In this document: positions 60,626 through 64,000 of the stretch, one piece after another | Position numbering within the stretch: position 1 is the stretch's first letter | How the letters are laid out: each line of letters begins with the position of its first letter | Assembly (NCBI GenBank): GCA_040285855.1 | Contig: JAUFOQ010000005.1 | Span: 2,294,001-2,358,000 of the forward strand | DNA length: 64,000 bases | Reading direction: 5' to 3' | From: Eukaryota sp. GEM-RC1 | Taxonomy: Eukaryota | Position numbers and translations under genes: made by a program | The notes under the pieces: model-generated | Seen by the model: the letters and a program-made list of their open reading frames with translations, nothing else | Database searches by the model: none | Told to the model about the DNA's origin: nothing

Positions 60626-61311
60626 CTGAAAAATTCTGTTCAAACAAATTCCATTTGCATCTGTTTAATAGAAGAATCTTGCATTGTCCCCCTTTTTCCA
60701 TTCAGGCGTTCCAATTTTTCGCTTCTTATCATTATGTGATTTCCCGAAATCAATCTTCATCAATGAGACTCCTAAGGTTTGCTTATGGTTTGGCTTAGAA
60801 GGAGAGAACATATGTGATATCTATGATAAACCTACACTAGATCGATAAAGAACAACAACAAAACAAAACCATACTGGAAATATCAATTGAAAAGAGAATG
60901 TCAGGGACTTAATTCATCAATTAGAAGGCTTACTTAAAGTGATATTCACTGGAACAATATCTCATTTCTTGAGATCTAAATTTAGGTACTGCGACCTAAA
61001 TTTGTCTAAAAAGTTCGTAAATCGTTTTTTGAATTGAGCATTAATTGTTCTTGTGTCATTGGTAGAAGTTGATTCAACGTTGCTTAGAAATCATTTGTTA
61101 ACTTCTGCTCAATTCGGTGGTATTGGCTTTACCAGGTCGTCAATTGTTTGTAAATCTGCCTATAGGGAAGTGGATAAAATCGTATTGTTTGAATTTGTTA
61201 ACAGCTCCTGATAATATTTCACTTATTGACCCAACTTCACTTTAAAGGAAGTAACCAATATTACTTAAAATAGCAATCCAATATTTTAAATATTGGTATT
61301 TTCCACTCTAT

Positions 61312-63975
61312 TTAATCGAAGTATTCCCGATCACTAGAAGAAGGAGGTAAAACTCGAGTCAAAGTGGTCAATACTTCAGATTTAGAGAAGGGCTTTCCCA
61401 AAAACTCAGTCATACCAGATGCCAAGCACTCTTGCTTAGTTGATTCTAACACATCAGCAGTTAATCCAACAATAGGAACACCTTGCAGTTTAACATGTTC
61501 TTCAAATCTTCTAATTTGTACAGCGGCGGTTGGTCCTGAAACTGAAGTTAAAACAAAGATGACAAACCTGGCATATGATAGTCAAGAAAAACAACATCAA
61601 ATTTGATTGGTGATTGACAGTAACAAGAAACTGCATGCTGACCGTCATCAACAGTAGTACAATCAACGTTGAGCTGTTTCATCATGAATCTGATTGTTGT
61701 TCTATTGATTGGATTATCATCGGCAACCAATACGTGATATCTGTCAGCATTTGATGGTTTTAAAGCGTCATAGTCTTTTGAAGTCAAGCGACTTACTGGG
61801 TGATCGAATAAAATACAAAGGTATTCGTGATAAACTAGAGGCAAACTGAAGCAGTACGAAGCAATTGATCTTAATTCAGCAGAAATCGAACCTCGTGATG
61901 CAGAATCAAAAATCAAAGTGATTTTGGAATGTTCTAAAAGCTGACGATTCTGAGTGAGAGAAATACAAACATGGTGGCAGTTTAAATGTACCAGAATAGC
62001 TTTTGGTTTTGACTCTAACATTCTATTAATTATTTTCTCGTTGATTGAATGGAAAACCAGAGCTGTACAATTTAAACTTGCTAGTTGTTTTTCAAATTTT
62101 CAGCTTGTTGTTCCGATTTAATAAAAACAAACACGGTAGTTTTTGGATGTTCTTTGGAATCATGATTAGACCCACAGACTCTAGGCAAGGACAAATCAAA
62201 CCAAAAGACTGAGCCCTTTGATTGCTCGCTTTCAAATTTGATTTCCGACCCCATGATTCTGGCAAGTCTATCAGAAATTGACAATCCAAGACCAGTTCCT
62301 TTTGAGTTTTGAGTTCGATCTTGAGAAAAAGGTTGAAACATGAGGGGAACAAATTCAGCCTTGATACCGATGCCAGTATCATTCACAGTAAATCTGATTG
62401 GCGACGTCATCACGTCATGAGGGTCAATCAAACAAACAGTAACCATGACGTAACCTGCTTGGGTGAATTTGATGGCATTCCCGACTAAGTTTGTAATAAT
62501 TTGTCGTATTCTAGTTTGATCTCCAGTAAAAAGATCGTCCAAATTGGGATCCAGATAGTACAGAAAAGGAAAGTCTTTTGTTTGAATCAACCCCCTCGAA
62601 ATAGTCCAATGATGTCATCCATCATTTCTGAAATTTTAAAAGTTTGATGATCAAGTGCAATTTTGCCAGAAACTATTTTTGAAAAATCCAAAATATCATT
62701 AATTAAACTCAAAAGAGAATTACTTGAAGTCTCAATGATGCTAATCATTTCTGATTGAACGAAATCTAATTGAGTGTCTTTTAAAACTGATACTAGTCCA
62801 ATAATACACGTTAATGGTGTTCGGATTTCATGCGAAGTACTGGAAAGAAACATTGTCTTGGCATTATCAGCAGCTTTAGCATTTTCTGAAGCCTTGATTA
62901 GTTCAATTTCCTTCAGCTTGAGATCGGTGATCTCCTTTATCACGACAACCACGCGATTAGGAGAATTGTGAGTTCGAATAACGTCAATAAAGTAAAATTC
63001 ATTGGTTTTTGTTTGAAATTCTCCATGAAATCTTGGAATTGAATTTTGCAACTCGAAAATGCCATCAACATCTCCTAAAGAAAACTTTTCCGCTAATATT
63101 TTTCTTAACTCTTGAAAAGTAAAGGAACAATGGCAATTATCAAATCGACAAGTATTTGGTACAAAACCCATTTCAATAGATTTTTTGTTAAAAGTAATCA
63201 AAGTTCCCTCTTCAAATACTAATACACCATCTAAAAGATTGTCAATAGTATCGCGCAACCTTTGATGGGCAACTTCTATTTTGGTGACGTCTCTTACAGT
63301 TCCTAATACTTTGTCTTCAATTTTAGGATCAGATTCTAAGTAAACAAGTACTGTTTGAAGTTGACCAGAGAAACTTTCCAAAGTCAATGTGGTTTCTATA
63401 GGTACCTTGGTACAAGCAACACTGTGAAGCGTCTCAAGGAACTGTGCTTTAAGGGGGTTTCTGATGGCAGAAAGGAAGTCAGACCATTGGAAAGAGGAAG
63501 GATTCCCAGCCAGCAACTCTGAAATGAAGTGATTCATCAAGGCAGTGTTTGAAGGAAGATGTACACTAAATAAGCCAATTTTAGCAACAGAAAGAGAGAC
63601 CTTCAGAAGTTCAACATCAAAGTCAGAAAAAGCCAAACGATCTTGTGTTTTGTCCTCAGCAACAGCTATACATATTCCTTCAGGTAACCAAGTTAAAACA
63701 GTCCATTTGAACCACAAAACAGTTGAAGTTTTGGTGATGAGTCTACCTTCAATTGATGAATCAAATTTCTTTTCGGAAGCTTTCAAAGCAACTTGTCTAA
63801 GGATATTGCTATCTTGAGGATGCGAGAATTGACCCACTGGTGAGCCTATAACTGTTAGTCTGTCATATTGAAGTCTTGATAGCAATTTGGTGGATGCTTC
63901 AACAACAATGAGATCCGAAGAAAAGGCAACCACAAAAGAAGGGGAATCCTCAATCCAAGAAAGCGGTGAAGACAT
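61312..63975 (-). CDS. Hybrid sensor histidine kinase, close paralogue of 31428-34099
   Basis: Colinear with the first copy, same catalytic motifs and same intron position. Two single-base losses at about 62590 and 62090 relative to the paralogue. Confidence 0.88.
61542..61567 (-). other. 26-nt spliceosomal intron
   Basis: gtttgtcatctttgttttaacttcag, at the same position as in the paralogue. Confidence 0.85.
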
Positions 63976-64000
63976 GGTGTGTGTATGAGGATATCTGATA

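Noticed and set aside
60978..61003. Perfect 10-bp hairpin AAATTTAGGT-ACTGCG-ACCTAAATTT as a Helitron end or terminator
   Set aside because: AT-rich single occurrence without a properly spaced CTRR end or a second copy.

Overview
AT-rich, gene-dense eukaryotic DNA in the standard genetic code. It is probably from a flagellated protist: BBS2 is present, and three 26-29 nt GT-AG introns have the branch point abutting the 3' splice site. A metamonad affinity is my inference, not proven. Recognisable host genes are an ORC4/Cdc6-like AAA+ protein, Sec12, a BTB protein, BBS2, two near-identical PAS hybrid histidine kinases, a Sec1/SCFD2-like protein, RPL5, an NHL-repeat protein, a bZIP factor with Cys-rich repeats, PRCC-like, LRR+Sfi1-like, UBX and CUE proteins, and tRNA-Thr(AGT). 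Many genes are split by single-base losses in homopolymers, most likely long-read assembly errors. Intergenic DNA is full of mobile elements: an intact hAT transposon with TIRs and an 8-bp TSD, several hAT and Tc1/pogo-type MITEs, and about a dozen fragments of CRE-like RLE non-LTR retrotransposons. The top leads are a decayed Fanzor1 (eukaryotic TnpB-like RNA-guided nuclease) and a bZIP factor with three CxxxCxxCxxxxC repeats that may be a metal/Fe-S sensor. All family assignments are from motif recognition by eye; no searches were run.
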